Shown: piece by piece, positions 26,037-33,775 of the stretch
How positions within the stretch are numbered: position 1 is the stretch's first letter
Layout: the number at the start of each line of letters is the position of its first letter
Assembly (NCBI GenBank): GCA_964482665.1
Contig: CAYZYW010000003.1
Location: 1-44,763 of the forward strand
Origin: Candidatus Woesearchaeota archaeon
GTDB taxonomy: Archaea > Nanobdellota > Nanobdellia > Pacearchaeales > GW2011-AR1
DNA: 44,763 nt
Direction of reading: 5' to 3'
Notes under the pieces: model-generated
What the model saw: only the letters and a program-made list of their open reading frames with translations
What the model was told of the DNA's origin: nothing
The model's database searches: none
Program-made: the position numbers and the translations under genes

Positions 26037-26279
26037 AATCAGATAGCCAATTTACCAATTCATAACGCAAAAGCGTTAACACCACAACTTCAATATTCAC
26101 CATAAGTTACTAATTGTTGTTGTTGAATTTAATGACTTGAAATAAATCTTAACAACGTGCTAGTAAATTGACGTGTAGTCCTTGTTTTATATTTCTTGTT
26201 CATGGAAATATAAAATTTCTCCAGGACAATGAATCAAATAAAAAATTGTTTAAAAATTTTGCGATGTCACTTCGCGACA

Positions 26280-26299
26280 AAAAAACAAATTTGTTTTTT
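26280..26299. repeat. Perfect 20-bp palindrome AAAAAACAAA|TTTGTTTTTT just 3' of the target-gene stop
   Basis: Read directly from the sequence. Flanked by TCGCGA at 26271-26276 and 26307-26312. It lies 4 nt downstream (minus sense) of the stop at 26303-26305. Confidence 0.8.
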
Positions 26300-26302
26300 A
26301 GA

Positions 26303-27180
26303 TTATTCGCGAACAATATAATCCCTTACCCCAAGATCCGCGTTCCTACCGGAAGGATACCAGTCACAACCCAGGTCCGCCCTACTCGAGTCAGCATCGA
26401 ACCACGCGCCACGTCCTGCTATTGGCGCCCAATAGTATAAATCTCCTTCTAGATCTTCTTTGTTCAGATTGTTGTTTGGAAACCCCTGTTCTGTTGGTGT
26501 ATCTATCCAGCTTTTTAATGAGATTCCCGGAGCTTTATTTTGTATTAATGTATTTTTTGTAATTTTTCTCTGCTTCCTGAAATCAGATTATCTTCAGAAT
26601 CAAGTTTAAAATCTCTTAAAACATATAAACCATCTTCTCTTTGCTCATAAAAATCTTCAGACCATTCAGCTCTCCAAGGAGATTTTACTCCGACAACATC
26701 AGAATAAATTGCTTCTATTTCTTTTATGTCCATTTTATGTCCTTGAGAATTATAAACTGATTCTCCGTTTAATCCACTATGGAGATATTTTAGAAATTTA
26801 TTCATCAAATTAACAAGTGGTGTTTTTCTTCCTCTTACGGAATTTAACTTTAAAGCGGTGTCTCGATTTATATTCCCAATAAAATATCTTTTCATTGAAT
26901 CACTTGAAGTATTCATAAAAGATTCTTCAAGACGTTTTCTTGCTTCTCTAATTCCATAATCTTTTTCAGAAACTCTTGCTGAATTAATATCCAAATCACC
27001 ATAACCTTGTGGTGTAATTTCTCCTGGCATAAAAATATATCCTTCTAAATCTTTTGGCTCTGTTGGAGTTTCAATTATTTGTTTAGATAAAATTGGGTTT
27101 GTTGGTGTTTCAATTACTTTGTAAACTTCTGGATTTAACATTCCTAAAGTTTGTTCGCTTACTTCGATTATCGGTGTCAT
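26303..27180 (-). CDS. DGR target protein, C-type-lectin/FGE-sulfatase-like fold with C-terminal VR; frame change between 26548 and 26587
   Basis: The 211-aa ORF (27180-26545) carries SPWRAEWSEDFY, like the GNVWEW..D.Y motif of FGE/CLec domains. The -1 frame is open from 26587 to the stop at 26303. It reads ...KSWIDTPTEQGFPNNNLNKEDLEGDLYYWAPIAGRGAWFDADSSRADLGCDWYPSGRNADLGVRDYIVRE* and contains the VR. It has no ATG of its own. Confidence 0.7.
26327..26408 (-). repeat. DGR variable repeat (VR)
   Basis: The 82-bp counterpart of the TR, in frame within the last ~35 codons of the target ORF. TR AAY/AGG codons appear here as GAT, GAC, GGT, TAT and TGG. Confidence 0.85.
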
Positions 27181-27291
27181 AGCTTATCTAGAAAAAAGTT
27201 CTTTATAAAACTTTCTATACTGTTACTTTTAAAGAAAGGCTACAGAACTAATAAAGTCAAAGTTTAAAAAAGATTTTTCATTATCTTATTT

Positions 27292-27690
27292 ATGAGTTTA
27301 GAAAGTTTAATGATCACATATCCGAAATTAAGTATTTCAATTGTTGCTCTTGCTGTTACTTTTGTTATGACATTGGTTACGAAAAAATTTACAGATCAAA
27401 AAAGACTAAAAGAATTAAAAAAAATTCAGAAAGCATGTCAGATTAAAATAAAAGATCATAAAGGTGATATGAAAAAACAAGGCGAGATTCAGAAAGAAAT
27501 GATGGCGTGTTCGATGGAAATGATGAAACATTCATTCAAACCTTTATTTATTACAATGATTCCTATCCTTTTCTTGTTCGCATGGATTAGAGGTGTTTAT
27601 ACCGAAGTTTTAACAAGTTGGATATGGTGGTATCTTGGTGCTGCAATTGCTTCAAGTATTGTTTTAAGAAAAGCTTTAGATGTTGCATAG
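27292..27690 (+). CDS. DUF106 family membrane protein (archaeal YidC/Oxa1/EMC3-like insertase)
   Basis: 132 aa. TM helix, then a K-rich coiled segment (KRLKELKKIQKACQ...MKKQGEIQKEMM), then two TM helices. This is the usual gene class downstream of secY-adk in archaea. Confidence 0.55.
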   Translation: MSLESLMITYPKLSISIVALAVTFVMTLVTKKFTDQKRLKELKKIQKACQIKIKDHKGDMKKQGEIQKEMMACSMEMMKHSFKPLFITMIPILFLFAWIRGVYTEVLTSWIWWYLGAAIASSIVLRKALDVA

Positions 27691-27724
27691 GAAACTTTAA
27701 AAATTAAATAATTCTCGGAATAAC

Positions 27725-28267
27725 ATGGAAAAAGATCAACAAGAAGTAATGTTTAAACTTCAGATGTTTGAACAACAGATTAAAGGATTACAACAACAAC
27801 TACAAGCAGTTAGTCAGGGAATTGTGGAGATGCAATCATTATGTCGTGGACTTGATTTAATAAATGGGTCTGAAGGTAAGGAAATTATGGCTCAGATTGG
27901 ACGAGGAATTTTTGTTAAAGCTAAGATTTTATCTGACAATTTGACGGTGGATATTGGTGAGGGTAATTTTGTGAAAAAAAATGTTTCTGAAACAAAGGCT
28001 ATGATTGATAAACAAATTTTAAAATTAGAAGATGTTAAAACTGAACTTGAGGAGAATATGGAAAAAGTTGGAGAAGCTTTAACTCAAACTATGCATGGTG
28101 CTCAACAAAATCAATCACATTGTGTATGTGGAGATAATGCTGAATGCCCTGGAGATTGTGGCGATAATTCCGAATGTGAAGATGAGTCCGTAAGGGAAAT
28201 CTTGTCGGAAAAAAGCTCAAGTAAGAGTAAAAAGCTGGATGAAATGTTTGAAGAAGATAAAGAGTAA
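27725..28267 (+). CDS. pfdA: Prefoldin alpha subunit with Cys-rich acidic C-terminal tail
   Basis: Coiled-coil / beta-hairpin / coiled-coil layout (QMFEQQIKGLQQQLQ...GRGIFVKAKI...VDIGEGNFVKKNVSETKAMIDKQILKLE). The tail reads HCVCGDNAECPGDCGDNSECEDES. Confidence 0.75.
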   Translation: MEKDQQEVMFKLQMFEQQIKGLQQQLQAVSQGIVEMQSLCRGLDLINGSEGKEIMAQIGRGIFVKAKILSDNLTVDIGEGNFVKKNVSETKAMIDKQILKLEDVKTELEENMEKVGEALTQTMHGAQQNQSHCVCGDNAECPGDCGDNSECEDESVREILSEKSSSKSKKLDEMFEEDKE

Positions 28268-29110
28268 TTATTGATTTTTTATAAGATTTAATTTTTTTAT
28301 AAAATCCTCATATTTCAAAACTCCCAAGCTACTTACAATTCCTTTAATATATTTTTTTGGAACAAATTCAAAAGCTGGATTTTTTATTTTAATATTTTTT
28401 GGAGCCTTATCCCAAACTTCGTTTAATTCTCTTTGCTCCATTGGTAAATCTTTTAATGTGAATTTCCATGAATCAGCAACGACAAAAAAGGGAATTTTTT
28501 CTTGTTTAGCTAATTTTGCAATCGTCTCAGATCCTATTTTATTTATAATTCCTTTTTTTGTTAAAGCATCTGCTCCAATGAAAACCTTTGTAACTTTTTT
28601 CGTTCCCTGCTCTTTTGATAATGCTACGCCTATCGCAGAATCTACAAACATTGTAACTTTTATTTTTGCTTTTTTTAATTCCTTGGCTGTTTTATGTCCC
28701 TGCATCAATGGTCTTGTTTCAGTATTATAAACCTGAAATTTTTTCTTTTGTTTTTTTGAATAAATCAAGGCATTAATAACATTTGTTGAATGACAATGTG
28801 TAAAAATTATATCATTATTTTTTATTAAGTTTGACGTAAATTTATTTATCTTATTTTGTGCAAAATCGAAATGTCCCAAAATTTCCTTATGTGAATGAAA
28901 TTTTGCTTTTTCTAAAACATTTTGCAACATTGGTTCAGTTGGACGAAGTGATAAAAGTTTTTTTCTAGACTTATCCGACGGAAATAAAAAATAAGCATTC
29001 AGCGCTGCTCTTGCAACATTTCTCGCACCCTGTATTTTAATTGACTTTATATCTCTACAAATTTTATTAAATTTATTTTTGTTTGAAAAATATTTTTTTA
29101 ATCGCTTCAT
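28268..29110 (-). CDS. eIF-2B alpha/beta/delta family protein (ribose-1,5-bisphosphate isomerase-like)
   Basis: 280 aa. IQGARNVARAA, FTHCHSTNV, TETRPLMQGHKTAKEL, IGADALTKKGIINKIGSETIAKLAK..PFFVVADSWKF match the IF-2B family core. Confidence 0.65.
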   Translation of the reverse strand: MKRLKKYFSNKNKFNKICRDIKSIKIQGARNVARAALNAYFLFPSDKSRKKLLSLRPTEPMLQNVLEKAKFHSHKEILGHFDFAQNKINKFTSNLIKNNDIIFTHCHSTNVINALIYSKKQKKKFQVYNTETRPLMQGHKTAKELKKAKIKVTMFVDSAIGVALSKEQGTKKVTKVFIGADALTKKGIINKIGSETIAKLAKQEKIPFFVVADSWKFTLKDLPMEQRELNEVWDKAPKNIKIKNPAFEFVPKKYIKGIVSSLGVLKYEDFIKKLNLIKNQ

Positions 29111-29194
29111 TTTATATGATAATTAAATAAAAATATTATATAAACATTATGAAATTGTAAGAAGATTTAAAAAATCATTTCTTTTTTGTAATAT

Positions 29195-30055
29195 ATGTTA
29201 GAATCAATTATTAATCCAAAAAATACAGAAAAAGGGGCGTGGAAAATGTTTTTTGTAGGACTTGTTTATGCATCCCTTTCTTTAATTTTGGTTCACTTTT
29301 TTTTCTCTGGAGATCCCGCATTGTCTAAGGCTTCTGGTATGCTTGTTGTTACATTTTGCATTATGTTTTCATTGCCATATATGTATTTTATAATAAAAAG
29401 AGAAGAAAAAGAAGATGAAACTATCGAGGGTTTTTTTGATGTATGGCAAGCTCACAAAGATGCACTTTATGCTTTCATGTGGTTATTTTTAGGATTTATT
29501 ATTGCATTTTCATTTTGGCATATTGTATTGCAAGATCCAAATTTATTAAATTTTCAAATTCAAACATATTGTCAAATTAATGATCCCAGCAATGTTGCAA
29601 ATTGTGTAAGTGAATATACAATTGGAGGAGGGGTGGATGTTACAGGTGCAGCAACAAAGCAAATGAGATTTTTATCTATTTTAGAAAATAATGTTTATGT
29701 TATGATATTTACATTAATTTTTTCATTAATATTTGGAGCGGGTGCTATTTTTATTTTAATTTGGAATGCGAGTGTCATTGCTGCAGCCATAGGGATTTTT
29801 ACAAAATATCAAATAGCCGAGATACCTTTGGGAATTGGGAGATATATGATTCATGGATTTCCTGAAATTGCAGCGTATTTTGTTACAGCTTTAGCTGGCG
29901 GAATTTTTGGAATTGGTGCCATTAGAAATGGTATTAAAAATCGTAAATTTTTGAGAGTTATGGAAAATACAGTTATTCTTTTATTTATTTCCATATTGAT
30001 ATTAGTCCTTGCTGCCGTTATAGAGGTTTATATTACGCCTGTCCTATTCGGATAG
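29195..30055 (+). CDS. SpoIIM-like (DUF95) integral membrane protein
   Basis: 286 aa, about 6 TM segments. MIHGFPEIAAYFVTALAG resembles the family's HG..E motif. Confidence 0.45.
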   Translation: MLESIINPKNTEKGAWKMFFVGLVYASLSLILVHFFFSGDPALSKASGMLVVTFCIMFSLPYMYFIIKREEKEDETIEGFFDVWQAHKDALYAFMWLFLGFIIAFSFWHIVLQDPNLLNFQIQTYCQINDPSNVANCVSEYTIGGGVDVTGAATKQMRFLSILENNVYVMIFTLIFSLIFGAGAIFILIWNASVIAAAIGIFTKYQIAEIPLGIGRYMIHGFPEIAAYFVTALAGGIFGIGAIRNGIKNRKFLRVMENTVILLFISILILVLAAVIEVYITPVLFG

Positions 30056-30098
30056 AAAGTGTATAAATCTTTAAAAAAGAACAAAATCATATCAATTT

Positions 30099-31097
30099 AT
30101 GAACTACCTCCTATTAATCTGCCCTCTGATTGGATTTATTCTAACTTTGTTAGTTATGCCTCTTTGGATTGAAAAATCCAGAAGAATTGGATCACTTTGG
30201 GAAGATATGAATAAACCAAAACATCCTAAAAATGTTGCGGCTTCAGGTGGCGTTGTTGTTGTTATGGCATTTATTTTAGCTGTTTTGGCATATATTGCAT
30301 TAAGAACTTTTTTTGGGGAACCATTTGGAAGGATTACTGTTCAGCTTTTTGCTTTATTAAGCATGATTTCGATTTTAGCCATGGTTGGATTGGTTGATGA
30401 TATGCTTGGTTGGAAAAACGGCGGACTTTCAACACGCGCCAGAATCGCCCTTGCCTTTATTGCATCTATTCCTTTGATGGTTATCAATGCTGGAAATAGT
30501 TCAATAAATCTTCCACTTTTTGGAGTTATTGAAATGGGAATTTTGTATCCTTTACTTTTAATTCCAGTTGGCGTGGCTGGTGCAACAACAACATATAATT
30601 TCTTAGCAGGTTTTAATGGACTTGAGGCAGGACAAGGGATTTTAATCTTGTCATTTCTATCATTTGTTGCATACAAAACTGGGACACCATGGCTTTCTGT
30701 TGTTGGAATAATAATGATCGCGTCTTTAATGGCATTTTATGTATTTAATAAAAGTCCAGCAAAAGTTTTTCCTGGTGATTCGTTAACATGGGCTATCGGT
30801 GCATTGATTGCAGGTATGGCTATTCTAGGAAATTTTGAAAAAATTGCCGTTTTTGTTTTTATTCCATATATTTTAGAAACATTATTAAAAGTTCGCGGTG
30901 GATTAAAAAAGCAATCTTTTGCTAAACCGAATCCTGACGGAAGTCTTGAAATGCCATATTCAAAAATCTATGGATTAACACATCTATCATTATTTCTCTT
31001 AAAAAAAATGAAGCGAAAAGTTTACGAAAAAGATGTTGTATATTTAATCTTTATTTTTCAGGTATTATTTATTTTAATTGGATTATTGTTAATTTAA
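30099..31097 (+). CDS. Polyprenyl-phosphate HexNAc-1-phosphate transferase (MraY/WecA/AglH family, GT4 fold)
   Basis: 332 aa, multi-TM. VGLVDDMLGW (DDxxG) and YNFLAGFNGLEAGQG (N..DG.NGL-type) motifs. Confidence 0.75.
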   Translation: MNYLLLICPLIGFILTLLVMPLWIEKSRRIGSLWEDMNKPKHPKNVAASGGVVVVMAFILAVLAYIALRTFFGEPFGRITVQLFALLSMISILAMVGLVDDMLGWKNGGLSTRARIALAFIASIPLMVINAGNSSINLPLFGVIEMGILYPLLLIPVGVAGATTTYNFLAGFNGLEAGQGILILSFLSFVAYKTGTPWLSVVGIIMIASLMAFYVFNKSPAKVFPGDSLTWAIGALIAGMAILGNFEKIAVFVFIPYILETLLKVRGGLKKQSFAKPNPDGSLEMPYSKIYGLTHLSLFLLKKMKRKVYEKDVVYLIFIFQVLFILIGLLLI

Positions 31098-31131
31098 TAA
31101 GTTTTTTAAAAGAGAAATAACATGTATTAAA

Positions 31132-33729
31132 ATGGAGAAAAAAGATATTCTTAAAATTGTTCAAAATAAGAAATTTCAACTTGGTTTAACAATCGCGATT
31201 TTTTTAATAATTTTGATTTTAAGTTCATGGATTCGATTTCAGAATTTGCCTTTATTGGTCGATGAAACAAGTGGGGAATATATACCTCTAGCACTTGATC
31301 CTTTTTATTTTTTAAGAATTGCAGAAACACTTGTCGAAACAGATGGAAATTTACCCGAAGTGGATGGGATGCGGTCTCCTCATTTGGGAATCGCTTGGCA
31401 TCATGAAATCCTTCCTCAATCTATTGTTTTAATTTACAGGATGGGAAAAATTTTTAATCCAGAATTAACATTAAGATTTGCTGATATAATAAGTCCAGTT
31501 ATATTCTTTATTTTAGGCCTGGTTTTATTTTTCTTATTATCATGGAAACTTTCGGGATCCAAAAGTATCGCTTTAATTAGCTCTGGAATTTTGGCAATTA
31601 TTCCCCCTTATTTATATCGAACTCTTGCTGGCTTTTCAGATCACGAATCAATTGGTATGTTTAGCTTCTTCTTGACATTACTTTTATTTTCATTCGGAAT
31701 GTTTTATTTAGATAAGAAAAAATCTAATTTTATTAAATCGTGTATATTTGGTGCCTTATCTGGACTTGCTACTTTATTTGCCATTGTTTCTTGGAGTGGT
31801 GGTGCAAAGTTTTTATTTATGATTCTACCCTTGACTTTCTTAATTACTTGGATCATTAAAAAAAATAAGAATAAAAAAAATTATCTATTTTTCTATTTAT
31901 TTTGGATTGTCGGTGTCCTGATCAGTGCTCCTATTTTTGGACTTAAAGTTTCCCAATCTCTTTCATACATGCTTGGATCTACTGGAATCCTTACTTTTTT
32001 TGCATTAGGTTATGCTCTTGTGGATTTTATTCTAATAAAATATAACTTGATTGATGAAAAATTTAAAAAATGGAAAGAATTAATTAACTTTGGTGTTATT
32101 GTCATTGTTGGTGGTATTGTCTATCAAGTATTTGTTGGTAACTTTTTTGGACTGGTTGGAAATTTAATAAAAAATATTCTCTATCCTTTTGGTGTAGACA
32201 GGGTTAGCTTGACTGTAGCTGAAAATAAACAACCCTACCTAAATGATTGGATTTTACAAATTGGAAAATTTACCTTCTATACCTTTTTAGTGGGATGTTT
32301 TATTGTTGGTGCTAAAATATCCAAAGGTATTAAGGTTAAAAAATTTCAATCACTTTTTACACTTAGTTTTGCTTTCTTTATTGTTGGAATTTTATTTTCA
32401 AGGATATCTGAAAGCTCTATTTTAAATGGACAAAGTTTTCTAAGTAAGGCTTTATTTTTTATCTCTTTTTTGATATTGTTTATATCCTCAGTTTATATTT
32501 ATAAAAAATCTGAATGGGATATTAACACTAAATGGATTCTGATTGTTTCGTGGATGATTCCAATGCTCTTTGCGGTTAGATCTGCCACAAGAGTCTTCTT
32601 TGCAATCGTTCCTTTCGTATCTTTTTTGATTCCTTTAGCAATCTTTGAAGTTGGAAAGTTTGCTAAAAAATCAAAAGATGAATTGATAAAAATGTTTACT
32701 GTAATTATTTTCACTTTATTAATAATTGGGCTTATTTTTAGCATGATTGGATTCTATAAAACCACAATTACACAAGCAAAATATACTGGACCTTCTGCGA
32801 ATGTTCCATGGCAAAAGGCTATGTCTTGGGTTAGGGATAATACATCACCTGAAAGTATTTTTCTTCACTGGTGGGATTATGGATATTGGGTTCAAACGCT
32901 TGGAGAAAGAGCTACTGTTTCAGATGGAGGACACTCTCAAACTGCCTTTGGGGACCATTTAATTGGAAGATATGTTTTAACAACTCCTAATCCTAAAACT
33001 GCAAAAAGTTTTATGACAACACATAATGTTTCATACTTATTGATTGATCCTACAGATATTGGCAAGTACCCTGCATATTCTTCTATCGGAAGTGATGAAA
33101 CAGGTGATGATAGAAATTCCTGGATTATGACTATGCTTTCTAATCCTTCAGAAATACAGGAAACAAGAGAAGGAATGATTCGAACCTATCAGGGTGGGTT
33201 TGGATTAGATGGAGACTTATATTATAAACCTGAAGCTGGAAAAGAAATTTTTCTTCCTAGGGAAAAGTCCATCATCCTTGGTACAGTTATAGAATTTGCT
33301 GGAGATCAAGTTAAGCAACCCGAAGTAGTCTATCTTATGAATGGAAATCAAATAAAACTTCCAATAAGATATCTTTATTTTAATAATGAACTTTTTGATT
33401 TTAAGGTGGGTATTAATTCAACAATTTACCTATACCCATCTGTATATCCGAATGATGTTGGCCAAGAAATTGATCAAACTGGAGCCGTAATGTATCTCTC
33501 AGAAAAGGTCAAAGATAGTTTAGTCGCGAAACTTTACCTAATGAATGACCCCGAAGAAGAATATTCTAATCTTGAATTAGTTTATGACAATGGGGGGCGT
33601 GGTATGTATTATTACGGGGGATTTGTTGGCCCCATAAAGATTTTTGAATTTAACGGTGAGGGAATTGAACATAAAGAATTCAAAAGGATTTCCGGGAAAT
33701 ATGCTGAATTTGATTATTTATTTGAATAA
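31132..33729 (+). CDS. aglB: Oligosaccharyltransferase AglB (STT3 family)
   Basis: 865 aa. A ~13-TM N-terminal domain, then a soluble C-terminal domain beginning with the catalytic WWDYGYW motif (LHWWDYGYWVQ). Confidence 0.9.
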   Translation: MEKKDILKIVQNKKFQLGLTIAIFLIILILSSWIRFQNLPLLVDETSGEYIPLALDPFYFLRIAETLVETDGNLPEVDGMRSPHLGIAWHHEILPQSIVLIYRMGKIFNPELTLRFADIISPVIFFILGLVLFFLLSWKLSGSKSIALISSGILAIIPPYLYRTLAGFSDHESIGMFSFFLTLLLFSFGMFYLDKKKSNFIKSCIFGALSGLATLFAIVSWSGGAKFLFMILPLTFLITWIIKKNKNKKNYLFFYLFWIVGVLISAPIFGLKVSQSLSYMLGSTGILTFFALGYALVDFILIKYNLIDEKFKKWKELINFGVIVIVGGIVYQVFVGNFFGLVGNLIKNILYPFGVDRVSLTVAENKQPYLNDWILQIGKFTFYTFLVGCFIVGAKISKGIKVKKFQSLFTLSFAFFIVGILFSRISESSILNGQSFLSKALFFISFLILFISSVYIYKKSEWDINTKWILIVSWMIPMLFAVRSATRVFFAIVPFVSFLIPLAIFEVGKFAKKSKDELIKMFTVIIFTLLIIGLIFSMIGFYKTTITQAKYTGPSANVPWQKAMSWVRDNTSPESIFLHWWDYGYWVQTLGERATVSDGGHSQTAFGDHLIGRYVLTTPNPKTAKSFMTTHNVSYLLIDPTDIGKYPAYSSIGSDETGDDRNSWIMTMLSNPSEIQETREGMIRTYQGGFGLDGDLYYKPEAGKEIFLPREKSIILGTVIEFAGDQVKQPEVVYLMNGNQIKLPIRYLYFNNELFDFKVGINSTIYLYPSVYPNDVGQEIDQTGAVMYLSEKVKDSLVAKLYLMNDPEEEYSNLELVYDNGGRGMYYYGGFVGPIKIFEFNGEGIEHKEFKRISGKYAEFDYLFE

Positions 33730-33775
33730 ATAAGCAATCAAAGAGTTTTTAAAATAGTTATTTCATAGGCTATAT

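Larger units (their letters stand above)
24834..27180 (-). mobile_element. Diversity-generating retroelement cassette (target gene with VR - TR - RT)
   Basis: RT with DGR-type motif 4. An adjacent non-coding 82-bp TR pairs with an 82-bp VR at the 3' end of the upstream ORF. All 12 mismatches are at TR adenines. See component features. Confidence 0.85.

Noticed and set aside
26168-26440. Plus-strand 90-aa ORF covering the VR region.
   Set aside because: It is the antisense of the DGR variable repeat and its spacer. The minus-strand frame gives a CLec-like C-terminus with codon-position-biased substitutions, which explains the open frame better.
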